This document shows, in pieces, positions 17,882 to 27,222 of a DNA stretch of 47,656 bases; the stretch's first letter is position 1; every line of letters starts with the position of its first letter. The position numbers were made by a program, and so were the translations under genes. The DNA comes from Fibrobacteria bacterium (GTDB taxonomy: Bacteria > Fibrobacterota > Fibrobacteria > UBA11236). The stretch lies in the NCBI GenBank assembly GCA_041746255.1, contig JBGTHM010000075.1, positions 1 through 47,656 on the forward strand, written 5' to 3'. Below the pieces are notes generated by a model that did not search any database, was not told the origin of the DNA, and saw only the letters and a program-made list of their open reading frames with translations.

Positions 17882-19120
17882 ATGGTAAAAGATGTCGTCG
17901 TCACCGGTATGGGCGTAGTCAGCCCTCTGGGCAACTCCCCGGAAACAATGTTCGCCAATCTGCTGCAAGGCCGCTCAGGTATAGGGCCCATTGAAAGATT
18001 CGATGCGGCCGATTTCCCGGTGCGATTCGCGGGTGAAGTGAAGGATTTCGATGGCACGGCCTATTTCGACCCCAAGGAGCTTCCCCGCACCAGCCGCTAT
18101 ATTCAGTACATGATGCACGCCGCTCTTACCGCGGTGCGCATGGCCGGCCTCGCTGAGGGAGGTTCCCATCCCAACCGTTCCGGAATGATATTGGGGTCTG
18201 GAATTGGAGGCATGGAAATTTTCTATGAGAATTCGGTGATATTGGGCACCAAGGGGCATAAGCGGGTAAGCCCCTTTTTCGTACCCATGTCCATCACCAA
18301 TCTGGGTAGCGGCATGGTCGCCATGCGCTTGGGTTGGCGTGGCCCCAATTGGTCCGTCTCCTCCGCGTGCTCGACGGGCAACCATGCCATGGTTACAGCC
18401 ATCGATCAAATCCGGTTGGGTAGGGCGGATGTCATGCTTGCGGGCGGCGCGGAAGAATCCGTGAGCATTCCCTCCGTGGTCGGCTTCGCCAATATGCGGG
18501 CGCTTTCGCGCCGCAACGACGATTTCGCCACGGCGTCGCGACCTTTCGACAAGGAGCGCGACGGTTTCGTGCTGGGGGAGGGCGCCGGGGTTCTGGTGCT
18601 CGAAAGCCGGGAGCATGCCGAGGCGCGTGGCGCGAAAATCCTGGCGGTTATCCGCGGGTACGGCACCAGCTGCGATGCGCACCATATGACGGCGCCCCTG
18701 GAAACCGGCGAAGGAGTTTGCCTGGCGATTGAAAACGCCTTGGCCGACGCGGGAGTCGCCAAGACCGACATCGGCGTGGTGAATGCGCACGCCACCTCCA
18801 CACCATTGGGAGATGTCGCCGAGGTAAAGGCTTTACATAAGGTTTTCGGTTCGCATATTGCCTCCCTGCAAGTGCATGCCACCAAGTCCATGTTGGGGCA
18901 TTTGTTGGGCGGGGCTTCGGCGGTGGAGGCCATCGTACTTATTCAAACGCTCAATTCCGGCAAAGTGCATCCCACCATCAATGTTATCGAGCAGGATCCC
19001 GAATGCGAAGTCAATTGCGTTCCGAATCTGCAATCCACCACTCAGGCTATTTTCGGTATCAGCAATAGCTTTGGGTTTGGGGGGCACAACAGTTGTGTGG
19101 TGTTTGAAAAGGGGGGGTGA
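17882..19120 (+). CDS. fabF: 3-oxoacyl-ACP synthase II
   Basis: VVVTGMGVVSPLG, catalytic Cys (SACSTG), His (NAHATST), His (GHLLG) and SNSFGFGGHN. Start at ATG 17882. Confidence 0.95.
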   Translation: MVKDVVVTGMGVVSPLGNSPETMFANLLQGRSGIGPIERFDAADFPVRFAGEVKDFDGTAYFDPKELPRTSRYIQYMMHAALTAVRMAGLAEGGSHPNRSGMILGSGIGGMEIFYENSVILGTKGHKRVSPFFVPMSITNLGSGMVAMRLGWRGPNWSVSSACSTGNHAMVTAIDQIRLGRADVMLAGGAEESVSIPSVVGFANMRALSRRNDDFATASRPFDKERDGFVLGEGAGVLVLESREHAEARGAKILAVIRGYGTSCDAHHMTAPLETGEGVCLAIENALADAGVAKTDIGVVNAHATSTPLGDVAEVKALHKVFGSHIASLQVHATKSMLGHLLGGASAVEAIVLIQTLNSGKVHPTINVIEQDPECEVNCVPNLQSTTQAIFGISNSFGFGGHNSCVVFEKGG

Positions 19121-19270
19121 GGGTTCTTGGTGCTGCTTCGGTTCCGCCCCTGAGGTGGGGGATTTTTTTCGGAGCACTCCGCCCATTCCGCTTTGCGGTG
19201 CGGGGGCTAGGCCGCTCTCTGGATTGCACGGCTTTCACTCGCAGCAAAACCCTATCAAGTGACATCCCAG

Positions 19271-19306
19271 AATTAAAAAGGGGGAAGCCACATAAGCTCC
19301 CCCCTT
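19271..19306 (-). terminator. Rho-independent terminator of fbaA (possibly bidirectional)
   Basis: Minus strand GGGGGAGC-loop-GCTTCCCCC followed by TTTTT. Confidence 0.7.
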
Positions 19307-19344
19307 GGAATTAATCGCGGTTTCCCGCAAAGTCTCGATTCAGT

Positions 19345-20370
19345 TCAGGCTGCGAACAACGTCTTACCAGTTGCATTCAAATCGGCACAGGCCTCCTTGA
19401 TACGCGTTGCCATGCCTTTTTCTCCCGCTTTGAGATAAGCTCGCGGATCGTAGACTTTCTTATTTCCCACTTCGCCGTCGACTTTGAGAATACCGTCATA
19501 GTTCTTGAACACATGATCGGCGATCGGACGCGAGAAGGCGTATTGGGTATCGGTATCCACGTTCATCTTGACTACGCCGTAATCGAGGGTTTCATGGATT
19601 TCTTCCTTGGTGGAGCCGGAACCGCCGTGGAAAACGAGATCGAAGCGGGCGCCGAAGGCTTCTTTCACCGCGTTCTGACCATTGCGCAAAATAACCGGCT
19701 TCAATTTGACATTACCCGGCTTATACACGCCGTGTACATTGCCGAAGGTGGCCGCGAACATGAAACGTCCGCCGATACCGTTCAGCGCCTTATAAACCTC
19801 GATCATGTCTTCGGGAGTGGTGTAGAGCTTGTCGGCGGGAACGCCTTCGTTGCTGACGCCGTCTTCTTCGCCGCCTACCACGCCGGCTTCGACTTCGAGA
19901 ATGATTTCATTCTTGGCGCATAGGGCCATGAGCTCTTTGGCGATTTTCATATTGTCCGCCAACGGCAATTCGGAGCCGTCGAACATATGGCTGTTGAAGA
20001 GGTTCTTCTCTCCGCGCTCGCGGCGTCTCGCGGTTTCGGCGATAAGGGGATGCAGAAAGGACTCGACCTTGCCCGGTTGGCAATGGTCGGTGTGCAGGGC
20101 GATGTACACATTGTACTTTTCGGCCATCAAATGCACATGGTTGGCCAGCGATATCGCTCCCAGCACCATGTCCTTGATGGTTCCGCCCGAGGCATGTTGT
20201 CCGCCGCCGGTGGAAACCTGGATGATACCATCGGATTTGGCTTCGGCGAAACCCGCCAGGGCGGCATTGGCCGTTTCCAGGTTCGATACGTTGATGGCCG
20301 GATAGGCGTAACGGTTTTTATTGGCCGAGTCCAGCATTTTGCAGTAAGTCTTATAGTCCACAACGGGCAT
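19345..20370 (-). CDS. fbaA: Class II fructose-bisphosphate aldolase
   Basis: LHTDHC, SHMFDGS, GVVGGEEDG, FGNVHGVYKPGNV, VFHGGSG and KMNVDTD; AGGAG RBS. Confidence 0.96.
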   Translation of the reverse strand: MPVVDYKTYCKMLDSANKNRYAYPAINVSNLETANAALAGFAEAKSDGIIQVSTGGGQHASGGTIKDMVLGAISLANHVHLMAEKYNVYIALHTDHCQPGKVESFLHPLIAETARRRERGEKNLFNSHMFDGSELPLADNMKIAKELMALCAKNEIILEVEAGVVGGEEDGVSNEGVPADKLYTTPEDMIEVYKALNGIGGRFMFAATFGNVHGVYKPGNVKLKPVILRNGQNAVKEAFGARFDLVFHGGSGSTKEEIHETLDYGVVKMNVDTDTQYAFSRPIADHVFKNYDGILKVDGEVGNKKVYDPRAYLKAGEKGMATRIKEACADLNATGKTLFAA

Positions 20371-20632
20371 GAGTATTCTCCTTATAGGTCACATTCAGGG
20401 GAGGGTATCCGGGGAGGAGCCGGGCTATTCCAGGCCAGCCGCGGGGGCTGTAGCCGGAATTACCGCCAAAATCTTCGGAAATTGTCCTTAAGGACAAATT
20501 TAACTCAGGCTAAAGGGACCGGCAAGGCGCTCTTGAGATGTTATTTTTGAGGCGAGACCTGTTCCCGGGCATTCGCGCGCGCATTTTCGGCGGGCGCTCC
20601 ATATCGGATTGGGATTTTGGAGGAAAACCGCA

Positions 20633-22120
20633 TTGTCGCTGGAACCGGATAGCCCCATCCCGAATTTGGACGCGACCTCCAAACTTTACAGCATAACCCA
20701 GTACAATAAGGGAATTGAGCGGCTTCTGAAAAAGCAGGTGCCTCGCATATGGGTACAGGGAGTCATTACCCAACTCAATATTCGCGGGCGCATCGCTTAT
20801 ATCACCCTGGCCGAATTTACCGAGAACGATACCAGTCCCAAAGCCGTATTACAGGTAAGCCTGTGGACGAATGAACTGGACATGTACAATCAAAAATTTG
20901 CCCTGCTGGCGATGCCCTTTTCTCTACGATTGGATTTGAAGGTGGCCGTACTGGTCGAAGCCTCTTTTTATGTGCCCCTGGGTAAGTTTCAGCCCCGGAT
21001 TTGCGGTATCAACGAAAACTTCACTCTGGGAGAACTTTACCAGACTCGGCAGAAAATCATTGAAGCCCTGGTAAAAGAGGGGCTTATCCAAAAGAATAAA
21101 TCTATTCCATTAAGTCCTGTGCCTTTGCGAATTGGTTTGATTACGGCTCCGGGTTCGGCGGCCTATCAGGATTTCACCACCATTTTGCTGGAATCCGGGT
21201 TTTCCTTTCGCATTTACCTTGCGGGGGCGCGTATGCAGGGGGACGATACCGAAAGGACGGTGCTACGAGCTTTCGAACTGCTGAAACGGAGAAACCTCGA
21301 CGTGGTCTGCCTGGTGCGAGGTGGCGGAGGCAAGGCCGACTTGGTGTATTTCGATTCGGAAAAAATCTGCCGGGCAATTGCCGATTTTCCGGTGCCGGTG
21401 CTGACGGGCATCGGGCATGAAATCGATAACTCTCTGGCCGACTTGGTGGCCCATGCCAATAAGATAACGCCTACCGATTGCGCCAAATTTCTGGAAGGGC
21501 TTTTACAGCAAAGCTACGCGCGGGTGGTGGAACGCGCACGCGAAGTGGCGGATATCTGGGAATCGGGTATCGAGGACGCACGGGACGAGTTGATCCAGAC
21601 GGCGAATACTTTAACCCACCATTGGGAATTACGCGTTGGCGGTGAGCGCGCACGTTTCGCGGAAATTGTCAATACCCTGCATGGGAACATGCGTCACCTT
21701 TTTGAGTCGCAGCGGAATAGACTGAGGCTCGATTGGCTCGGGATATCACGGGGACCGCGTAAAATAATACGGATGCATAAGCTGCGCTATCTTAACATTC
21801 ATCAAAAAATGCGATATGTTTGGCAGGATTTGCGTACTCGGCGGATGGCCAGGCTATTTGAAGCCGCTCGTTTTCTGCGCCGCCTGGCAGGGGAAAAAAT
21901 CGGAGGGGCGGAGGAGTCGCTGGTTTATAAGGATAAGCTCATGCGTGCTGCCGACCCCGCCAATTTAGTGAAGTTGGGTTATGCGATTGTGAGAGACTCC
22001 CAAGGACGAATCGTGGCTTCGGTGGCAGGGTTGCAACCGGGTGACGAAATTCGCATTAGCCTTAAAGACGGAGTGGTTCGCAGTAAAGTTTTGGAAAAGG
22101 AGAAGGGAAAAAATGCCTAA
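20633..22120 (+). CDS. xseA: Exodeoxyribonuclease VII large subunit
   Basis: RIGLITAPGSAAYQDF, RGGG, PVLTGIGHEID and TPT. TTG start at 20633 after GGAGG. Confidence 0.92.
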   Translation: MSLEPDSPIPNLDATSKLYSITQYNKGIERLLKKQVPRIWVQGVITQLNIRGRIAYITLAEFTENDTSPKAVLQVSLWTNELDMYNQKFALLAMPFSLRLDLKVAVLVEASFYVPLGKFQPRICGINENFTLGELYQTRQKIIEALVKEGLIQKNKSIPLSPVPLRIGLITAPGSAAYQDFTTILLESGFSFRIYLAGARMQGDDTERTVLRAFELLKRRNLDVVCLVRGGGGKADLVYFDSEKICRAIADFPVPVLTGIGHEIDNSLADLVAHANKITPTDCAKFLEGLLQQSYARVVERAREVADIWESGIEDARDELIQTANTLTHHWELRVGGERARFAEIVNTLHGNMRHLFESQRNRLRLDWLGISRGPRKIIRMHKLRYLNIHQKMRYVWQDLRTRRMARLFEAARFLRRLAGEKIGGAEESLVYKDKLMRAADPANLVKLGYAIVRDSQGRIVASVAGLQPGDEIRISLKDGVVRSKVLEKEKGKNA

Positions 22121-22346
22121 GGAAAGTAAAATATATAGTGAATCCATGGAAAGACTCGACGCCATTCTGGAGGATATCGATCAATCCAAGACGGGTATAG
22201 ACGTGCTCGCGGAACGTGTTTTGGAGGCGGCGGCGCTTTTGAAAAAATGCAAGGCGGTGCTCACCGATACGGAGGCCAAGGTCAAAGAGGTGCTGGAAGA
22301 TCTGGATCAGGAGTTCGGCGAAGAGGAGCAGGAAGAAGAGGAGTAA
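22113..22346 (+). CDS. xseB: Exodeoxyribonuclease VII small subunit
   Basis: YSESMERLDAILEDI..IDVLAERV..LKKCKAVLTDTEAKV; overlaps the xseA 3' end. Confidence 0.88.
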   Translation: MPKESKIYSESMERLDAILEDIDQSKTGIDVLAERVLEAAALLKKCKAVLTDTEAKVKEVLEDLDQEFGEEEQEEEE

Positions 22347-22348
22347 CG

Positions 22349-22879
22349 GTGGCTTCCGAAAAAGGGGTTCCGCTGCGCGAGCGATTGGCGGCGGATGTTT
22401 TTGAAAAATCCTACCGGGAATACCGCGCCCTACGTGAGACGGAATACCGTTGGCGCGTAGTGGCTCTCGAAGCCGTAGGGTATTTGCAACAGGCCCATGC
22501 CCGCCACTGGTCGCTGGAAAAGTTGTCGGATTATCTGCATTCCACTCCCGTCGAGGCGGGAAAAGCCCTGGAAAGGTTTGTCATGTCTAATGCCATCAAT
22601 TCGCAGGATAATACCCCCGATCGGATTAAGACGGGATTTGAACAATGGCTGCGGCGGTTCTCCGAATTGGGAGAAGGAGAGCGGCGCGTTGCGGCGGGTG
22701 AATTGGCTTTATTGGTGGCCAATCAACTTTATCAAGCGAAGGTGGCGGGGGAGACTTTGGATCAGGTTTCCTTGGAATTGGAAAATTCACTTAAGCCCGA
22801 TGCCTCGGGACCGTCCTCGATCGCTTCCGATCCGGCTCCTCCCGAGCCGCCTCGGTGGGGGCCGCAATGGAAGGATTGA
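22349..22879 (+). CDS. Hypothetical helical protein
   Basis: GTG start 2 bp after the xseB stop, preceded by GAGGAG; coding-like composition; no family recognised. Confidence 0.6.
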   Translation: MASEKGVPLRERLAADVFEKSYREYRALRETEYRWRVVALEAVGYLQQAHARHWSLEKLSDYLHSTPVEAGKALERFVMSNAINSQDNTPDRIKTGFEQWLRRFSELGEGERRVAAGELALLVANQLYQAKVAGETLDQVSLELENSLKPDASGPSSIASDPAPPEPPRWGPQWKD

Positions 22880-22889
22880 TAGTACCGAT

Positions 22890-22917
22890 GTTGTACTTGG
22901 TTTGCGCCAAGTATAAC
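22890..22917. terminator. Hairpin between convergent genes
   Basis: GTTGTACTTGG-tttgcg-CCAAGTATAAC; no U-tract. Confidence 0.4.
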
Positions 22918-22951
22918 CCCTGTGGTAGTGTATGGCACGCTCCCCACTCGC

Positions 22952-23527
22952 TCATCGACCCGCTTGTACCGATTGGATGATGCCGCAGGCAATCGCCTGT
23001 CCGATTTCACCATAGGGTTGGGTTTCAAAATCATCCGCCTCGGAATGCAATACGATGCTTTTTCCCATCACCGAGAAGGGACCAGACCCCGTTCCCAATA
23101 CCCGAGTCGAATAATCAATCCTTCCTCTACCGTCGGACCCGCTTTCAAGATTGGGTAGGCTGCCGGCTCGACGTTCACTCGGCGAGAGCCCCAAGTGTCC
23201 TGTCCGATTGGCTTGGCCCGGATCCATGATTTCTCCCGGAGCTTCAGTAGAGGAACAATTCCCCTGGTCGTGGATTTTTAAGGCGTAAGCTCGATTGGGG
23301 ATTAGGCCTCGAATTTCACCGATTATTCGAGTCCCTTCGGTTTCATCCGAATAAAAATTCAGGGTTCCTTCAATCGTCCCTGGAACGAACCCGGTGATTT
23401 GCGAGCGGGCACGTAGATTTTCTTCGCCGGCCCGGTCTCTTTGCAGCGCCGCGCAGGCAGCAAGTGTACCGACAGCAAGTATCAAGGATATTCTCCCTAT
23501 TTGCATTTTGCGGGCATTCCAATTCAT
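22952..23527 (-). CDS. Cu/Zn superoxide dismutase-fold lipoprotein, metal ligands degenerate
   Basis: Lipobox LAAC; IHDQGNC, AGSLPNL, GKSIVLHSEADD..QPYGEIGQAIACGII follow the SodC pattern. Confidence 0.8.
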   Translation of the reverse strand: MNWNARKMQIGRISLILAVGTLAACAALQRDRAGEENLRARSQITGFVPGTIEGTLNFYSDETEGTRIIGEIRGLIPNRAYALKIHDQGNCSSTEAPGEIMDPGQANRTGHLGLSPSERRAGSLPNLESGSDGRGRIDYSTRVLGTGSGPFSVMGKSIVLHSEADDFETQPYGEIGQAIACGIIQSVQAGR

Positions 23528-23770
23528 ACCGTCTCCTTTATTGGATTGAATTCCAATATTTCACGAAGTTAATGGGATTTATAACTCACCCACGACATAT
23601 CCCCTAAAAAAGAATCCATTGAGGCAATCCGCAAGCTATCCGGTCCACACATGTAAATCCTTTTCTGCCGCTACACTTGCTTGACCTCGGTGAGACTTTT
23701 TATTTATCACTAGCCGGATCGGCTTTATCCGCAGGAAATTCAAACTGTCAAAACCATAAGGAACAGGTTT

Positions 23771-24502
23771 ATGAAGCATACACGGACCTTTGTAATAGGC
23801 ATCGTCACAGGAGCCGTTGTCGCCTATTTCTTCGACTTCCGTATGGGAAGCCGGCGCAGGGCCTTCCTCGGCGACTGGGTAATCTCACTGTTTCGAAAGA
23901 AGCATAAATCCTTAGACAAAGTGCCCCGGGATGCTGAGGACAGAGCACAAAAATGGTGGGATAAGGGTCTCACCAAACTTTCTCTCCGAAATTTGATCGG
24001 AGTTGGGGGCGACCCCCAAGCCTTTGAGCTGCACAAACAAATTTGGGTTTCCGCGCCGGTTGGCTCGGTATTTTCATTTTGGACCCATTATGAGAATTTT
24101 CCCCGGTTCATGCCCCATGTTGAAGAAGTCCATGATCTGGGCGGAGGCAGGAGCCGGTGGAAAATCCGAACCGCCAATGGAATTCCACTCATCTGGGACG
24201 CGGAAATATCCAGTTACAAGGCCAATGAAATTATTGCCTGGAGGACGGCTACCGGTTCGATTGTGGGCCATACGGGTGTCGTTCGGTTCCTTCCCGATGG
24301 CGATGGCACTCGGTTGGACGTGCAATTCGGTTATACTCTTCCTTCAGGCACCGAAGGTGAAACCTTCCTGCTTATGCTAGGAGAGAATCCCAAGCAGGAG
24401 TTGGAAAGGAACCTTTTGCAAGTGAAAGCTCAGTTGGAAAAAGGAGAAGCCTTCTCCTCGGGTCCCGCCATCTCCGTACGTGAAACCGCCGAAGTCAGTT
24501 AG
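23771..24502 (+). CDS. SRPBCC (START/polyketide cyclase-like) protein with N-terminal membrane anchor
   Basis: FWTHYENFPRFMPHVEEV, SRWKI, WDAEI..NEIIAWR and GVVRF..GTRL. Confidence 0.85.
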   Translation: MKHTRTFVIGIVTGAVVAYFFDFRMGSRRRAFLGDWVISLFRKKHKSLDKVPRDAEDRAQKWWDKGLTKLSLRNLIGVGGDPQAFELHKQIWVSAPVGSVFSFWTHYENFPRFMPHVEEVHDLGGGRSRWKIRTANGIPLIWDAEISSYKANEIIAWRTATGSIVGHTGVVRFLPDGDGTRLDVQFGYTLPSGTEGETFLLMLGENPKQELERNLLQVKAQLEKGEAFSSGPAISVRETAEVS

Positions 24503-24505
24503 CGG

Positions 24506-26203
24506 ATGTCTCGCCGGTATATACTCATGTGGCCGGTGGTTTTAGCCATTATGCTCTTGGGAACCCCATCCTTGGCGGAGCCGCAGTTTGCACCCGAAGA
24601 GTTACGCAAATTTATCGAAATGAATACTAACGACTCCAGCGGGCAGAATTCCCTGGGTCTATATCGATGGGATGATGTCGGCCGGTTTTACGGTAAGAGG
24701 GAGTACCACGGGGCCTGGGGAATAGATTCGGGAGGTTTGGCGATGGCTGAATTCCTGGCGGAAATATCCCTGGTTTCTCGTTTCGGACTTGCTCCGGGTG
24801 ATTACCACTGGGAGGTTCTGCAAAACCATCCCCCCAAAAATCAAGGAAATGGCTCGCAAATGAAGAAATACGCCATGCGCAGGGATATTTTGCTTACCGA
24901 TGCCTTTATGCGTTTGGTTCAAGATATTGTGAACGGACACGTTGCCGCTGCTGAAGCGCACAGGCAAAACACAATGCCCAGAGAGGACTTGGACGGCCCC
25001 GCTTTGTTGGAAAAGGCCTTAAGCGGCGCGGGTCCGGCGGTTGTATTGGATTCATTACATCCACAATGGCCCGGTTATGCGGCTCTGCTGGCCGTGAGTG
25101 GAATTTATCGGGACCTGCTAGGGACCCCCTGGGAAGAATTGCGGCTCGAGGACGAGCGTTTTATCCCTCCCGATAGCCACCATCCCTTGAATTTCCCGAT
25201 TTGCCATCGCCTCATCCTCTTGGGCGATTTAGCGGGTGAAGCTGTTTGCAAGGAGGTGGATACGAGCAATCTGAGGACTGCGATCCGCCGGTTTCAAGCT
25301 CGTCATGGCTTGATTGCGGACGGCATTATCGGCCCACAAACTTTGACGGAGTTGAATGTCAATCCCGAACAGCGGCTGCGGCAAATCGAGGTCAACCTGG
25401 AACGTTGGAGATGGCTCCCTCGTGAAGCTGCGAACTTGCGTATCGAAGTCAACATTCCCGGATTTTTTTTGCGGGTGTATGAGCGAGGAAATATTCCTGT
25501 GGAAATGAAAGTGGTGGTGGGGCGGGAGGCATGGCATACCAAATCGTTTCTCGATACCCTTACCTATCTCGAATTCAATCCAGAATGGTATGTGCCGACT
25601 TCCATTGCGGTCGCTACCATTTTACCTCAAGTGAAGGCCCAGGTTTCTGACAGGCGAGGGGACACCCTGATTTCCGCCGATTCAATAGCAGCGTATGCCC
25701 GCCAATATTTCTCGCAAAAGAATTATATCCTTCAGGAACAACGTGAGAATATCTGGACTAACCTGGATCCGGCCCAAGTGGACTGGTCCCTGCTGGACGA
25801 AAACAATTTTCCCTTTCGGATACGGCAATTGCCCGGACCTGAAAATGCCATGGGCCGGGTCAAATTTTTATTTCCCAACCCCTATGCGATTTATCTTCAT
25901 GATACGCCGTCCCAAGACCATTTCCGGCAGAATGTGCGCATGGCAAGTCATGGTTGCATCCGGGTGGAAAAGCCGTTGGAATTGGCGGAATTCTTATTGG
26001 GATACCAGAATTGGGATAAAGCGGAAATTGAAAGGATACTGGATGAAAAAAAGACCCGGCGGGTAACTCTGGAAAGGCCTGTACCGATTTTCATCACCTA
26101 TTTCACCGCTTGGTCCGATTCCGTCGAGACGGTACATTTCCGTCGCGATATTTACGATTGGGATGAGAGGCTGTTGTCGGCCGGTTCAATGCTTGGGAAT
26201 TGA
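24506..26203 (+). CDS. Murein L,D-transpeptidase (YcbB/LdtD-like) with peptidoglycan-binding domain
   Basis: FQARHGLIADGIIGPQT, NLERWRWLP, VNIPGF, NPEWYVP and YLHDTP..SHGCIRVE. Confidence 0.92.
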   Translation: MSRRYILMWPVVLAIMLLGTPSLAEPQFAPEELRKFIEMNTNDSSGQNSLGLYRWDDVGRFYGKREYHGAWGIDSGGLAMAEFLAEISLVSRFGLAPGDYHWEVLQNHPPKNQGNGSQMKKYAMRRDILLTDAFMRLVQDIVNGHVAAAEAHRQNTMPREDLDGPALLEKALSGAGPAVVLDSLHPQWPGYAALLAVSGIYRDLLGTPWEELRLEDERFIPPDSHHPLNFPICHRLILLGDLAGEAVCKEVDTSNLRTAIRRFQARHGLIADGIIGPQTLTELNVNPEQRLRQIEVNLERWRWLPREAANLRIEVNIPGFFLRVYERGNIPVEMKVVVGREAWHTKSFLDTLTYLEFNPEWYVPTSIAVATILPQVKAQVSDRRGDTLISADSIAAYARQYFSQKNYILQEQRENIWTNLDPAQVDWSLLDENNFPFRIRQLPGPENAMGRVKFLFPNPYAIYLHDTPSQDHFRQNVRMASHGCIRVEKPLELAEFLLGYQNWDKAEIERILDEKKTRRVTLERPVPIFITYFTAWSDSVETVHFRRDIYDWDERLLSAGSMLGN

Positions 26204-27145
26204 ATGCGGCGACGTGCTGTCCGCCTTGCCGGCGCTTGCATCAATCTTCATCTGGAAGGGCTCGCTTTCCTTGCCCCAATACAAGGTACGATGGGGGAAG
26301 GGGATTTCGATACCCTTTGCATCGAAGGCTTTTTTCAGACGGCGCCGGTATTCGCGTCCGACGCTCCATTGTTGAATAGGTTTGGTTTTCAGGCGCGCTT
26401 TTATGATTACCGCATTGTCCCCGAAACCGTCCACACCCATGACCTCCAAGGGTTCGAGTATGCGGTCGGCGAATTCGGGATCCCGGTGTAATTCCTCCGC
26501 CACGGCTTTCATGACCGAAACCACGTTGTCGGTATCTTCCTTATAGGCGACACCGATATCGAATACCATGGCGGACCAGGTTTTCGTCATATTGGAGAGG
26601 GAGTTTATTTTCCCGTTCTGTACGACATGAACGACACCGGATGCATCGCGCAAGGTGATGGTTCTAAGACCGATGTTTTCCACGACTCCGCCGGTTCCGT
26701 TGATGATGGCGACATCCCCGTTGCGTACTTGGTTTTCCAGGAGGATGAAGAAGCCGCTGATGACGTCCCTAACCAATTCCTGGGCTCCGAAGCCGACAGC
26801 CAGGCCGATAATGCCCGCACCTGCAATGATGGGGGCGATATTCACACCCAACTTCATAAGTAAGAGCATGGCGATCATGGCGAGCAATACGGTTTTGGTC
26901 AAGGAATGTAGAAGGTTCACCAATGTTTGCACTCGCTTGGTGGTTTCGAGGTCAGGAAGGCCATGCGACTTTCCTTTGCCTTCGAGAATCAATACCCGTA
27001 GTTTGTTCATGCCGAGATTAAGCGCTTTCAACCCTGCGGTCGCAAGTACGAGGATGACAAGAATTGAAGGAGCGGTGGTGATGGACCATGACACAGTATC
27101 TTCAATTATGTTTTGCCAAAATTCTGTGCTGAGCCAATTGTTCAT
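26186..27145 (-). CDS. Small-conductance mechanosensitive channel (MscS family)
   Basis: AGAGIIGLAVGFGAQELVRDVISGFFILLENQ, GVVENIGLRT and GIEIPFP. Confidence 0.92.
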   Translation of the reverse strand: MNNWLSTEFWQNIIEDTVSWSITTAPSILVILVLATAGLKALNLGMNKLRVLILEGKGKSHGLPDLETTKRVQTLVNLLHSLTKTVLLAMIAMLLLMKLGVNIAPIIAGAGIIGLAVGFGAQELVRDVISGFFILLENQVRNGDVAIINGTGGVVENIGLRTITLRDASGVVHVVQNGKINSLSNMTKTWSAMVFDIGVAYKEDTDNVVSVMKAVAEELHRDPEFADRILEPLEVMGVDGFGDNAVIIKARLKTKPIQQWSVGREYRRRLKKAFDAKGIEIPFPHRTLYWGKESEPFQMKIDASAGKADSTSPHSIPKH

Positions 27146-27222
27146 AATTTCGACCTTCGGGATTTATTTTTCGGATTGAATCTATTTTAGGTTTAGCGAA
27201 TGCGGTTGCAACACAGTACCGC

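Noticed and set aside
19111..19117. G7 tract at the fabF 3' end as a phase-variation site
   Set aside because: Short and immediately before the stop, so slippage would not disrupt the enzyme.
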